Virus record (IMG/VR): IMGVR_UViG_3300027985_000843
Location: 248,001-312,000 of that record
Strand: one strand, 5' to 3'
DNA: 64,000 nucleotides
Both the position numbers and the translations under genes were made by a program. Below, one piece after another: positions 9,348-17,922 of this stretch. Each line of letters starts with the position of its first letter. Position 1 is the first letter of the stretch. The notes under the pieces were generated by a model that was not told the DNA's origin, did no database searches, and saw nothing but the letters and a program-made list of their open reading frames with translations.

Positions 9348-10021
9348 ACATCTACGACTACGACCGAACCGCTGCGGCCACCCCCATGAGCGCTGAGGAG
9401 TTCAAGCGGGAGGTCGAGAAGCACCTGAACATCGGCGACCGTCAGGTGAGCGTGCGAGTGGACACGAGCTTCGGGACCGTCGGCGTGTACATCAACCTTG
9501 TCAACCTCCCGAAGGGTGTGGGCGGGGCCGGGGGCGGGGCGGAAGCCGAAAACAATCGGATGATGTTCTCGGTGAGGTTCCCAGACAATCCTGCCGACAA
9601 GGTCAAGGTGGAACAGACCGTCTCCAGGATGGATCGCAAGTACAAGATGCGAGCGAAGTCCGGCCACCCGGCACAGGTGGCGAAGTACGTCGCCGACTTC
9701 ATCAACAAGGTGGTGAAAGAAGTCGAGCCGAAGTTCACCCACACCAAGCAAGCCTACGACTACGATCGGTCGGGGAGCTACGACCGCTCTCGGAACGAAG
9801 TGAATCCAGGCGAACACGGAGTGTTGCAAACCATCTTCAAGTACCGTGATCGCAGCTTCGGGTACGCTACGTTGGCGAAACACCTCACCCCATTTCAACG
9901 AGGACTTGTCGACAAGCTCGTGAAAGAAGGCTACGTGAGGGAGGCAAAGAGCGACGAAGGCACAACCTACAAGCTCACATCAGACGGTGAGCGAGCCCTC
10001 AACAACTACAGGGGAACTTGA
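9344..10021 (+). CDS. hypothetical protein with N-terminal and internal YDYDR motifs; possible C-terminal winged helix
   Basis: MNIYDYDRTAAA...AYDYDRSGSYDRS...LVKEGYV...YKLTSDG. Confidence 0.75.
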   Translation: MNIYDYDRTAAATPMSAEEFKREVEKHLNIGDRQVSVRVDTSFGTVGVYINLVNLPKGVGGAGGGAEAENNRMMFSVRFPDNPADKVKVEQTVSRMDRKYKMRAKSGHPAQVAKYVADFINKVVKEVEPKFTHTKQAYDYDRSGSYDRSRNEVNPGEHGVLQTIFKYRDRSFGYATLAKHLTPFQRGLVDKLVKEGYVREAKSDEGTTYKLTSDGERALNNYRGT

Positions 10022-10093
10022 GCGGACGACGGGACTCGAACCCGCAACCCTCGACATGGGAAGCCGAAGCTCTACCAATTGAGCCACGTCCGC
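10021..10093 (-). tRNA. tRNA-Gly(CCC)
   Basis: cloverleaf, loop TTCCCAT, U73. Confidence 0.9.
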
Positions 10094-10096
10094 GAA

Positions 10097-10170
10097 TGGA
10101 GCGGGTAGTCGGACTCGAACCGACATTCCGAGGGTGGAAACCTCGTGCCCTGCCTTTGGACGATACCCGC
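10097..10170 (-). tRNA. tRNA-Gly(TCC)
   Basis: cloverleaf, loop TTTCCAC, CCA. Confidence 0.95.
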
Positions 10171-10195
10171 AAGACGGGCTTGCCCTCGAAGCCCC

Positions 10196-10270
10196 GGAGC
10201 CGGTGATGGGAATCGAACCCACAACTTCGTCCTTACCGAGGACGTGCTCTTCCAAATGAGCTTCACCGGC
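10196..10270 (-). tRNA. tRNA-Thr(GGT)
   Basis: cloverleaf, loop TCGGTAA. Confidence 0.9.
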
Positions 10271-10892
10271 GTAATTTATCCCAACGTTCGGCGGCATCCT
10301 CCCTGACCGTCATCTTCGACCTTCGACCTCGTACTTCGTCGAAAGTGAACACGTAGGCCGTGTCACTTTCGAAATCGTACCCTACGATGAAATCGAAGTC
10401 CGAAGCATCCAAGGGTCTAACACCCCACGCACCATCAGCACAGGTCACCTTGAACTCCGGCAACCCTCTGAGAGGGGCTGCCCACCGAACCTGCAACTTC
10501 TTCAAGCCTTTTGGGGTGCCCACCAACCAATCCACCCTGTCCCCATCGAACTCCGCTCGATAGACGTCAAAATCAAAAACAGCCAGTCTGAATAGCACTG
10601 CTGCCTCGGCGATCTTCATCTTCCGGCGTCTCTCGGAAGGGGACACTGATACAATCTGGGAAAACCCGGAAGGAGTCTCGCGGGCCTTTCTTCGAGTGCC
10701 CCCAGCTTTCAAGCTGCCCCGAACGATCTTTTCTCGTTTGAGATCGGTCGGCAACGGGAGGTCACGGAGCCAGCCACTCAGAGTCGCCTTAGGCACCCCA
10801 AGCAACCGATGGATTTCATTCAATGACAGGTGTTCATCTCGACGAAGCTCAACAGCTTTTGGCTTTAGGTGTAGGTAAGCGGCTTTTGGCAT
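10263..10892 (-). CDS. free-standing HTH + PD-(D/E)xK endonuclease (homing-endonuclease-like)
   Basis: SLNEIHRLLGVPKATLSGW HTH; RVDWLV...KKLQVR nuclease core; stop codon lies in 5' end of tRNA-Thr. Confidence 0.75.
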   Translation of the reverse strand: MPKAAYLHLKPKAVELRRDEHLSLNEIHRLLGVPKATLSGWLRDLPLPTDLKREKIVRGSLKAGGTRRKARETPSGFSQIVSVSPSERRRKMKIAEAAVLFRLAVFDFDVYRAEFDGDRVDWLVGTPKGLKKLQVRWAAPLRGLPEFKVTCADGAWGVRPLDASDFDFIVGYDFESDTAYVFTFDEVRGRRSKMTVREDAAERWDKLRR

Positions 10893-10953
10893 ACCCTCAA
10901 CCTAGCACCACGGAACCCCAAAGACAACCAGAACGTTTGAACTTGGGGTACGA

Positions 10954-11028
10954 TGGAGCCGACGACAGGAATTGAACCTGCAATGTCCGGTTTACAAAAC
11001 CGGTGCTCTGCCATTGAGCGACGTCGGC
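10954..11028 (-). tRNA. tRNA-Thr(TGT)
   Basis: cloverleaf, loop TTTGTAA, CCA. Confidence 0.95.
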
Positions 11029-11033
11029 ATCAG

Positions 11034-11105
11034 TGGAACCGAAGGGATTCGAACCCTCAACTTCCGGCTTGCAAAGCCAGCACTCTCCCATTGAGTTACG
11101 GTCCC
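11034..11105 (-). tRNA. tRNA-Ala(TGC)
   Basis: G3-U70, loop TTTGCAA. Confidence 0.9.
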
Positions 11106-11130
11106 AAATTACTTGTAAATCAACACCAAC

Positions 11131-11859
11131 ATGAACCTGACCGAACGCGTCGTAGCCAGATATCTCCAAGCGGCCAGACCGGGGCCTTTGCTTCAGAAGG
11201 TCCTGAGTGTTCTGCCTGTGTGGGCACGACACCTTTCCGATAAGACCTATCACACGTTCACGCCAGAGAAGCCCAAGCCTGTGAAGCAACGGGGGCGCAG
11301 TGGCTTTCAAGTTGTCCTCACGTCACAGTACAGCTCGGACGACAATCTCACGGCTGTGTTCGTTTCCAGAGACGACGGCGGCCTCGACCTGACTGTCAAG
11401 CATCGCAAGAACACCCACTCCTACGAAGACGTGCGGCCCGACAGACTCCCTGAGGACCAGCTGATCCGCGATCTCAAGATCGACCTCGGACCCGAGACCC
11501 CTGTGTGGTACGGGGTCGGAGTCACCGAGGTCACCACCGTGGGCCTGGACTACAAAGTCGTCGACGACATGCTGGAAGGCGAGGCCGAAGGGGTCATCGA
11601 TGACCGTTTGGCCGAGGTCATGTCGAACGAGCGGGAAGCATCCGAGCTGATCAGCTACGGGCCCAACCCCTTCGAAGACTTCTGGGATCTGTGGGACGCA
11701 CGAGATCCCCAGGTGAAGAAGTTCCTTCGAGAAAAGCTTGAGACGCTTGTCATAGCGGACCGCCCCACGAAGAAGACGCTCGTGGACGCTGTGAGCCCTC
11801 GAAGGGTCGAGGAAGCCATCCGCGACATCCGAACGATGGGCTACTTCCGGTATGGTTGA
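11131..11859 (+). CDS. hypothetical protein with ERVVARYL leader
   Basis: 242 aa ORF antisense to tRNA array. Confidence 0.75.
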   Translation: MNLTERVVARYLQAARPGPLLQKVLSVLPVWARHLSDKTYHTFTPEKPKPVKQRGRSGFQVVLTSQYSSDDNLTAVFVSRDDGGLDLTVKHRKNTHSYEDVRPDRLPEDQLIRDLKIDLGPETPVWYGVGVTEVTTVGLDYKVVDDMLEGEAEGVIDDRLAEVMSNEREASELISYGPNPFEDFWDLWDARDPQVKKFLREKLETLVIADRPTKKTLVDAVSPRRVEEAIRDIRTMGYFRYG

Positions 11860-11864
11860 TGTAG

Positions 11865-11937
11865 TGGAGCTGGGGGGACTCGAACCCCCCGCCTACAGAC
11901 TGCCAGTCTGTCGCTCTCCCAGATGAGCTACAGCCCC
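11865..11937 (-). tRNA. tRNA-Ala(GGC)
   Basis: G3-U70, loop CTGGCAG. Confidence 0.95.
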
Positions 11938-11938
11938 A

Positions 11939-12013
11939 TGGTGGACCCGGGGGGAATCGAACCCCCATTTCTGCCGTGCGAAAGCAGTGTGTTCCCGTTA
12001 TCACTACGAGCCC
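11939..12013 (-). tRNA. tRNA-Ala(CGC)
   Basis: G3-U70, loop TTCGCAC, CCA. Confidence 0.9.
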
Positions 12014-12117
12014 AGTCGGCACGTCGGGCTGTGTACCTACCTCTCGTGCCTCGGTCTTGCCGTCGGGGACTCGAACCCCTTGGACGTCCTACCCCTGCCG
12101 GGGGCGGCTCGACCTTG

Positions 12118-12190
12118 TGGGCGCATCAAGAATTGAACTTGAATCTCACGGGTATCAGCCGTGCGTGGAGAACCACCCTACTATACGCCC
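12118..12190 (-). tRNA. tRNA-Ile(GAT), atypical D arm
   Basis: acceptor GGGCGTA/TGCGCCC, loop CTGATAC, T loop TTCAATT. Confidence 0.75.
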
Positions 12191-12217
12191 GAATTGTTTT
12201 GGTGTATCCATTCAGCA

Positions 12218-12751
12218 ATGGGACACCTTGAAGTCATCGCCGGCTCGATGTTCAGCGGCAAGACCGAAGAACTCGTCCGGAGGGTTCGCCGAGCTGTAAT
12301 CGCTCGGCAAAAAGTGCAAGCATTCAAACCTGTCGTTGACAATCGATACGACAAGGAGAGGATCGTCAGCCACTCAGGAGTCGCCATCGACGCGGTGCCC
12401 GTCCCCAATGCAGCAGCCATCGTTGGCCTGGTGGACAAGGACACGAAGGTCATCGCCATGGACGAGGTCCAGTTCTTCGATGCCGGTATCGTTGTCGTGG
12501 CGACCGAGCTAGCCGACAAGGACTACAGGGTCATCATGGCGGGCCTGGACCAAGACTACCTAGGGAATCCCTTTGGCTCGGTGCCCATCCTCATGGCCCT
12601 CGCAGAGAGAGTCACGAAGGTCCAAGCAATATGCTCTTGCTGCGGCCAGGAGGCGTCTAGAACGCAGAGAGTCGTCAATGAGGGTTCCACGGTCCTGGTC
12701 GGGGGCAAAGAGGCATACGAGGCCCGTTGCCGGGCTTGCCACAAGCCCTAG
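12218..12751 (+). CDS. tdk: thymidine kinase
   Basis: GSMFSGKT Walker A, IAMDEVQF, AGLDQDY, CSCC...YEARCRAC zinc site. Confidence 0.95.
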   Translation: MGHLEVIAGSMFSGKTEELVRRVRRAVIARQKVQAFKPVVDNRYDKERIVSHSGVAIDAVPVPNAAAIVGLVDKDTKVIAMDEVQFFDAGIVVVATELADKDYRVIMAGLDQDYLGNPFGSVPILMALAERVTKVQAICSCCGQEASRTQRVVNEGSTVLVGGKEAYEARCRACHKP

Positions 12752-12975
12752 GGATGCACCATCTGCACAAGGCCGTCTCGAAAGACGACTTCCAGTGTGA
12801 CGAGACAGAGCCCGAAGTCCACCCCGGTGGGATGCCGAGAGCCATCGTTCACGTGGACGAAGACGCCCTTGCCATCCTCATCTTCCAGACGGAACGGGAC
12901 ACCAGGGTCCAGAGGATGCGTTTCGAGCGTGCGTTGAAAGTCTACGGCCTCGAACGTCTTCTTGAGTAGATCCAT
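12748..12975 (-). CDS. hypothetical protein
   Basis: MDLLKKTF..., ATG 10 nt after GGTGTA. Confidence 0.55.
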   Translation of the reverse strand: MDLLKKTFEAVDFQRTLETHPLDPGVPFRLEDEDGKGVFVHVNDGSRHPTGVDFGLCLVTLEVVFRDGLVQMVHP

Positions 12976-12993
12976 GCTCTCAACATACACCGT

Positions 12994-13072
12994 TGGTGCG
13001 ACCGATGGGACTCGAACCCACATGAAAACTCGGGCCACAACCGAGTGCCTTATCCTTTAGGCTACGGCCGCC
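12994..13072 (-). tRNA. tRNA-His(GTG)
   Basis: cloverleaf, loop TTGTGGC, G-1 present, discriminator A rather than C. Confidence 0.85.
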
Positions 13073-13102
13073 ACGAGGGGAGGGCTGGGCCCTCCCCGTC
13101 AC

Positions 13103-14269
<1,167 letters not shown>

Positions 14270-14357
14270 GTTCCTTACCTTGGGTTGCCAGCCCTATGTC
14301 GTCTCATGTCTCCTTACTGTTGACCCCGCCGGACCATCCGACTCCAGGGGCGTAACA

Positions 14358-14435
14358 TGGCGGTCCTGACGAGATTTGAACTCGCGGTCTTCATCGTGAC
14401 AGGATGACGGGGACTCCAGGCTCCCCTACAGGACC
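14358..14435 (-). tRNA. tRNA-Asp(GTC)
   Basis: cloverleaf, loop CTGTCAC, G73, CCA. Confidence 0.95.
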
Positions 14436-14454
14436 AAATTCCCGTGGCTTCCGA

Positions 14455-14541
14455 CCAGCATTGCGGGGCTCGAACCCGCCCACCCGGTTTGGAATGACAG
14501 CTTACGCTTGCCGGTGCTCTCCCAACTGAGCTATCCGCTGG
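14455..14541 (-). ncRNA. tRNA-like RNA with ~16-nt insertion in the anticodon loop and mismatched acceptor
   Basis: canonical D arm GCTCAGTTGGGAGAGC and T arm GCGGG-TTCGAGC-CCCGC; CCGG/CCGG stem encloses CAAGCGTAAGCTGTCATTCCAAA. Confidence 0.7.
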
Positions 14542-14675
14542 CCCTCCCCCACGGGCGTCACCACTTCCGCACGAACTTCCTCAGCACAGCCTGTCCGGGC
14601 CTTCCCCCGGCTCACGTTTTTAAAGCGTAGAGCTGTCGTTACCGTGCTGGATCCGTCCGAGCCTCCATGGCTACT

Positions 14676-14750
14676 TGGCACTCCCAAGGGGACTCGAACC
14701 CCTGTTATCCGATAGAGAGTCGGATGTCCTGGCCGCTAGACGATGGGAGC
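14676..14750 (-). tRNA. tRNA-Glu(CTC)
   Basis: cloverleaf, loop CTCTCTA, CCA. Confidence 0.9.
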
Positions 14751-14751
14751 A

Positions 14752-14828
14752 TGGTCGGCGAGGCGGGACTTGAACCCGCGATTTCCGGCTTGTCGAGCCG
14801 GCGTCTTAGCCATCTGGACCACTCGCCG
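14752..14828 (-). tRNA. tRNA-Val(GAC)
   Basis: cloverleaf, loop TCGACAA, CCA. Confidence 0.9.
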
Positions 14829-14853
14829 TTTTTTCTTGTGAGATAGGATAGGC

Positions 14854-15180
14854 ATGAAGAAGATCGCCTCCCCCATGGAACTACAGGCTGAGCTGGTCAG
14901 CCTTCAAGAGTACATCTACAGCTTCACAGGCAAGCCCGACCGAGAGGTTCTTGCCTCGAAACTGCGGGACCTTGCTGAACGGGTGGCCTCCGACAAGACC
15001 GAATCCAAGTTCAAGAAGGGTCAGAAGGTGACCTACAAGGGCAAGCCCGCGACCATCGTCGAGGTGGCCGGCAACGGCAAGGTCACGATCAAGGCCCAAG
15101 GTGGGGCTGCCGTCAAGACGTTCTCCCCGGACGAAGCCGAGAAGTCTCTCAAGACCGCCTCCTCCCCCGACTACTACTGA
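14854..15180 (+). CDS. hypothetical protein, possible SH3/KOW-like domain
   Basis: MKKIASP...ERVAS...FKKGQKVTYKGKPATIVEV. Confidence 0.7.
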   Translation: MKKIASPMELQAELVSLQEYIYSFTGKPDREVLASKLRDLAERVASDKTESKFKKGQKVTYKGKPATIVEVAGNGKVTIKAQGGAAVKTFSPDEAEKSLKTASSPDYY

Positions 15181-15181
15181 G

Positions 15182-15254
15182 CGTCCCCGGCTGGATTCGA
15201 ACCAGCGACCGCCTGTTTAGGAAACAGGTGCACTATCCGCTGTGCTACAGGGAC
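15182..15254 (-). tRNA. tRNA-Arg(CCT)
   Basis: cloverleaf, loop TTCCTAA. Confidence 0.95.
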
Positions 15255-15442
15255 ACGCCCTTCTTTTTCCGGAAGGGTGGGAGGCCCGCAAACAGGCGGC
15301 AAAGAATCTCACCCCTGCTGCCCTCAGGAAACTGATCGGCCGCCCGAGCACAGCCAGCTTGCATAGCCCGACGAAGTTGTTCTCGCCCCTGAGGCGTCCT
15401 CAGGTACGAAGCCGTGTCGCGGTCGTTCTCTTGCTTATCCAT
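15245..15442 (-). CDS. hypothetical protein
   Basis: 65 aa ORF filling the spacer between two tRNAs. Confidence 0.45.
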   Translation of the reverse strand: MDKQENDRDTASYLRTPQGREQLRRAMQAGCARAADQFPEGSRGEILCRLFAGLPPFRKKKGVSL

Positions 15443-15444
15443 AG

Positions 15445-15529
15445 CGGAAGACGGGAGAGTCGAACTCCATACCTTGCGGTACGCATTGATTAGCAGTCAA
15501 GCTTGGTTCCACAACCAATTCTGTCCTCC
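15445..15529 (-). tRNA. tRNA-Ser(GCT), atypical D arm
   Basis: GGAGGAC/GTCTTCC, G73, loop CTGCTAA, long variable arm. Confidence 0.85.
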
Positions 15530-15534
15530 AGTAG

Positions 15535-15621
15535 CGGAAGGAGGGAGAGTCGAACTCCCAAGGCCATTTCAGGCTCAACCGGGTTCGAGCCGGTCCCCAT
15601 CGCCCATTGGGTTGCCCTTCC
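15535..15621 (-). tRNA. tRNA-Ser(CGA)
   Basis: G73, loop CTCGAAC, long variable arm. Confidence 0.9.
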
Positions 15622-15713
15622 TTGGCACACGGACGGAGGCGACCCGTTTCGGTCATCTGCTTTCGGACGCCATTCCCGAACGCAGGTGACCTGGGAACCG
15701 TGTGTCCCCAGGG

Positions 15714-15794
15714 CGGAGGGAGTAGGATTCGAACCCGACCTTTCGGCAACCAGTGTTCAAAGCTGGCGTGGCGACCAACACCACCTCACCCTCC
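15714..15794 (-). tRNA. tRNA-Ser(TGA)
   Basis: G73, loop TTTGAAC, variable arm with GAAA loop. Confidence 0.85.
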
Positions 15795-15798
15795 TAGT

Positions 15799-15820
15799 GC
15801 CGGTCTATCCCGGCCGTCAC
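15799..15820 (-). ncRNA. GTGACRGC-hairpin motif copy 1 (3' end of a ~185-nt structured spacer)
   Basis: GTGACG-GCCGG-GATAGA-CCGGC, 4 nt before tRNA-Ser(TGA). Confidence 0.6.
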
Positions 15821-15988
15821 GGGCACCGCATACCCAGATTGAATTCTCTCCAGACATGGGTGTGTTGGGTGTGGGCTCGCTCCCGTCCTGAGCACCTGGT
15901 CTCTTCCCAACTGAGGGCTTCGGCATTTTGGGCTTTCCTAGGCCAGCATCGATTTTACGTCTGTCGACACCCCACGATGCAAACACGA

Positions 15989-16078
15989 TGGCGGAGAAAG
16001 GCGGAATCGAACCGCTGCCGCTTTCGCGACCTCCCGCGTTCCAGACGGGCCTGGCTCCCAACGCCAGCTCTGTTCTCC
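15989..16078 (-). tRNA. tRNA-Ser(GGA)
   Basis: G73, loop CTGGAAC, long variable arm, CCA. Confidence 0.9.
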
Positions 16079-16280
16079 AAGGTCGGGGGTGTCGAGTGAT
16101 CAAATCGAACCCCCTAGGACTCGCCCGGGTAAACCAGTCCCGGAGTGAGGAATCGAGGAGACGTCCGCGTAGGCCGAACGCCGCATGACCCCACCGTTTT
16201 TGAGCTTTCACTCGGGTGTTTAGCGATCTCAACAGGTGCTTACCTACAGCAAAGAACACCTGTCTCGAATGAGTCCCTAG

Positions 16281-16352
16281 TCGGGGTGACTGGAATTGAA
16301 CCAGCCGACGCTCGGTCCCGAACCGAGTGGCCCACCATGAGCCTTCACCCCG
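16281..16352 (-). tRNA. tRNA-Pro(CGG)
   Basis: C1-G72, loop TTCGGGA. Confidence 0.9.
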
Positions 16353-16528
16353 AGACGCCCGGTGATAGAGGGCAGGCGTATTCACCGGACTCACCTGACT
16401 CGGACAGAGGGTGTCACCAGGGCTGCCATGGAGGGTCTCGACTCCCCTCCGTACACCTTGACCTTGTCTACCAGTGCTCTCCACCAAAGTTGCCGAGGCG
16501 AATCACTCCTCAACAGGTCTCTGGTTTC

Positions 16529-16602
16529 GGTTGCGGGAGTAGGAATCGAACCTACGAAGCCGAGCGTATGAAACTTGGTTGGGAGCCAACACCCTTCCCA
16601 CA
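16529..16602 (-). tRNA. tRNA-Met(CAT)-like, atypical
   Basis: TGTGGGA/TCCCGCA acceptor, loop TTCATAC, weak anticodon stem. Confidence 0.65.
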
Positions 16603-16682
16603 CATCTGCTGCCCCTAGGAGGGGCCGTAAAGCGACTTTCATCGTCCTCAGGTCCTAGGTGACCTGAGCCTTGCGAAGACTC

Positions 16683-16758
16683 GGTAACGGGAGCTGGATT
16701 TGAACCAGCGACCTTCGGGTTATGGGCCCGACGAGCTTCCAGACTGCTCCATCCCGCT
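16683..16758 (-). tRNA. initiator tRNA-fMet(CAT)
   Basis: three G-C pairs TCGGG/CCCGA in anticodon stem, loop CCCATAA. Confidence 0.9.
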
Positions 16759-16782
16759 ATGGGTCCTGCCTAAGCAGAACCT

Positions 16783-16945
16783 GAGAGCCAGTGTGCTGTC
16801 ACGCCAAAGACTCAGGTAAATCCGGTGCTTATGGCTGCCCGTCTTCCAACGGGTCCGCTTCCGGTCAGGACGTGAGGTCGCTTTCGCTCACCCCCGAGTC
16901 ACTCTTTATAGGATGGCTGCCTCTAAGCCTACCTCCTGGACTCTC
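16783..16945 (-). ncRNA. stand-alone mimic of the 23S rRNA GTPase-associated centre (H43-H44) with ~95-nt insertion
   Basis: rc CCAGGAGGTAGGCTTAGAGGCAGCCATCCTATAAAGAGTG-[insert]-CGTGACAGCACACTGG, closed by non-rRNA GAGAG/CTCTC helix. Confidence 0.85.
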
Positions 16946-16946
16946 T

Positions 16947-17022
16947 TGGTCGGGATGGTCGGACTCGAACCGACGATCTCCTGTCCCCCAGACAGGCGCC
17001 CTTGCCGCTAGGCTACACCCCG
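16947..17022 (-). tRNA. tRNA-Pro(GGG)
   Basis: cloverleaf, loop CTGGGGG, CCA. Confidence 0.95.
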
Positions 17023-17246
17023 TGGACCACGATGACCTTCCGACCTTCACCGGTCTTGCCTCCAGCCGGGAGAGCTAACGCCGTCGTGGCGGCGACCCAT
17101 CCGGGTCGGGATCTATCTTGATCCAGGGGGTTTGCCCTGAGGGGAAGGCCCCTGGAACGTGCGGCAACCAACCGCTTCTTCGTGAGGAGATCACGCCTCA
17201 CTAGCCACTGGTCAGGTGGCACGTTGTATTCGCCCCGAAGGGAGAA

Positions 17247-17389
17247 GGTCGGCCGTCCCGGAGTCGAACCGGATGCTTGTAAGGGTCGAAGGAGCTGCTT
17301 CCCTTGCGAGAAGCGAGGTACGACACTGGAAAGAGCTTTTGGCTCCAGCTCCTAAATGCTGGCGGGGGACCCTCCCCCTATGACGGCCA
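17247..17389 (-). ncRNA. tRNA-like RNA A with ~70-nt variable-arm domain (8-nt loop ATTTAGGA)
   Basis: acceptor, D hairpin, CCAGC/GCTGG arm, insert ending CTTACAAGC, T loop TTCGACT. Confidence 0.85.
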
Positions 17390-17444
17390 AGGGGCTTCGA
17401 CGTGTGATCCCACTCAACCCTGAAGTCAAATGCACGCCGAAGCT

Positions 17445-17555
17445 TGGTGGACCGCCCTGGAATTGAACCAGGTGTGCTTGTGAGAACCGCCGAGCAGCAT
17501 TGCCGAAGCAACGCGAGGTGGTGGTGCTGGTAAGTGGAATCCTATCCAGCGGCCC
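17445..17555 (-). ncRNA. tRNA-like RNA B: acceptor + T arm + family domain, no anticodon arm, encoded ACCA
   Basis: GGGCCGC/GCGGTCC-ACCA, UUCG-capped helix, CTCACAAGC, T loop TTCAATT. Confidence 0.8.
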
Positions 17556-17558
17556 ATT

Positions 17559-17580
17559 GCCCGTCTTTCCGGGCTGTCAC
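17559..17580 (-). ncRNA. GTGACRGC-hairpin motif copy 2
   Basis: GTGACA-GCCCG-GAAAGA-CGGGC, 3 nt before RNA B. Confidence 0.6.
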
Positions 17581-17674
17581 CTCAATCCCTCTGAATCTGC
17601 CAGGACTTCGAGGGTCGTCGAGGTTACGAGTTGGTGGTCCCCGTTACCACGCCATACCCACGTGCGAGAACCAG

Positions 17675-17814
17675 CGGGCCGCCCTGGATTCGAACCAGGT
17701 GTTGCTTGTAAGAGTCGTGAGGCAGCTCCCCTTTCAAGGAGCGAGGTACGACGCTGGAAAGAGCGTTGTGCTCCAGCTTAAGAGGCTGGTGGTCTGCCAT
17801 TGACCGTGCGGCCC
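17675..17814 (-). ncRNA. tRNA-like RNA C (anticodon CTT, Lys) with ~70-nt variable-arm domain
   Basis: GGGCCGC/GCGGCCC, D arm GGTC-AATGGCA-GACC, CCAGC-CTCTTAA-GCTGG, insert, CCTGG-TTCGAAT-CCAGG. Confidence 0.9.
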
Positions 17815-17922
17815 AAACGCCCCATTCTCTCGGCTCAGTCCCATGGCACCGTTTGTGGTCCGATGGCTACCTCGCCAAGACAGCGTGAGGCACGCTGTAG
17901 GAGTCGCGATCTCCTAAATTTT

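Noticed and set aside
12030-12050. ACGAGAGG sarcin-ricin-loop-like words (also near 29510)
   Set aside because: 8-9 nt matches without the AGUA/GAC bulged-G context.
13077-13097. GC hairpin after tuf as a terminator
   Set aside because: No U-tract on the coding strand; may be a processing stem.
16377-16387. CGGTGAATACG identical to a conserved 16S rRNA stretch (around 1370-1379)
   Set aside because: 11 nt only, flanks do not continue the match; expected by chance given the many rRNA motifs one could test.
16605-16680. CTGAGGA...GAAA resembling a hammerhead core
   Set aside because: Only 4 nt between the two core halves (no stem II), and both segments are tied up in simple hairpins.
17120-17140. 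CAGGGCAAACC as in the c-di-GMP-I riboswitch
   Set aside because: P2 GAAA/receptor and the downstream GCAAAGC elements are absent.
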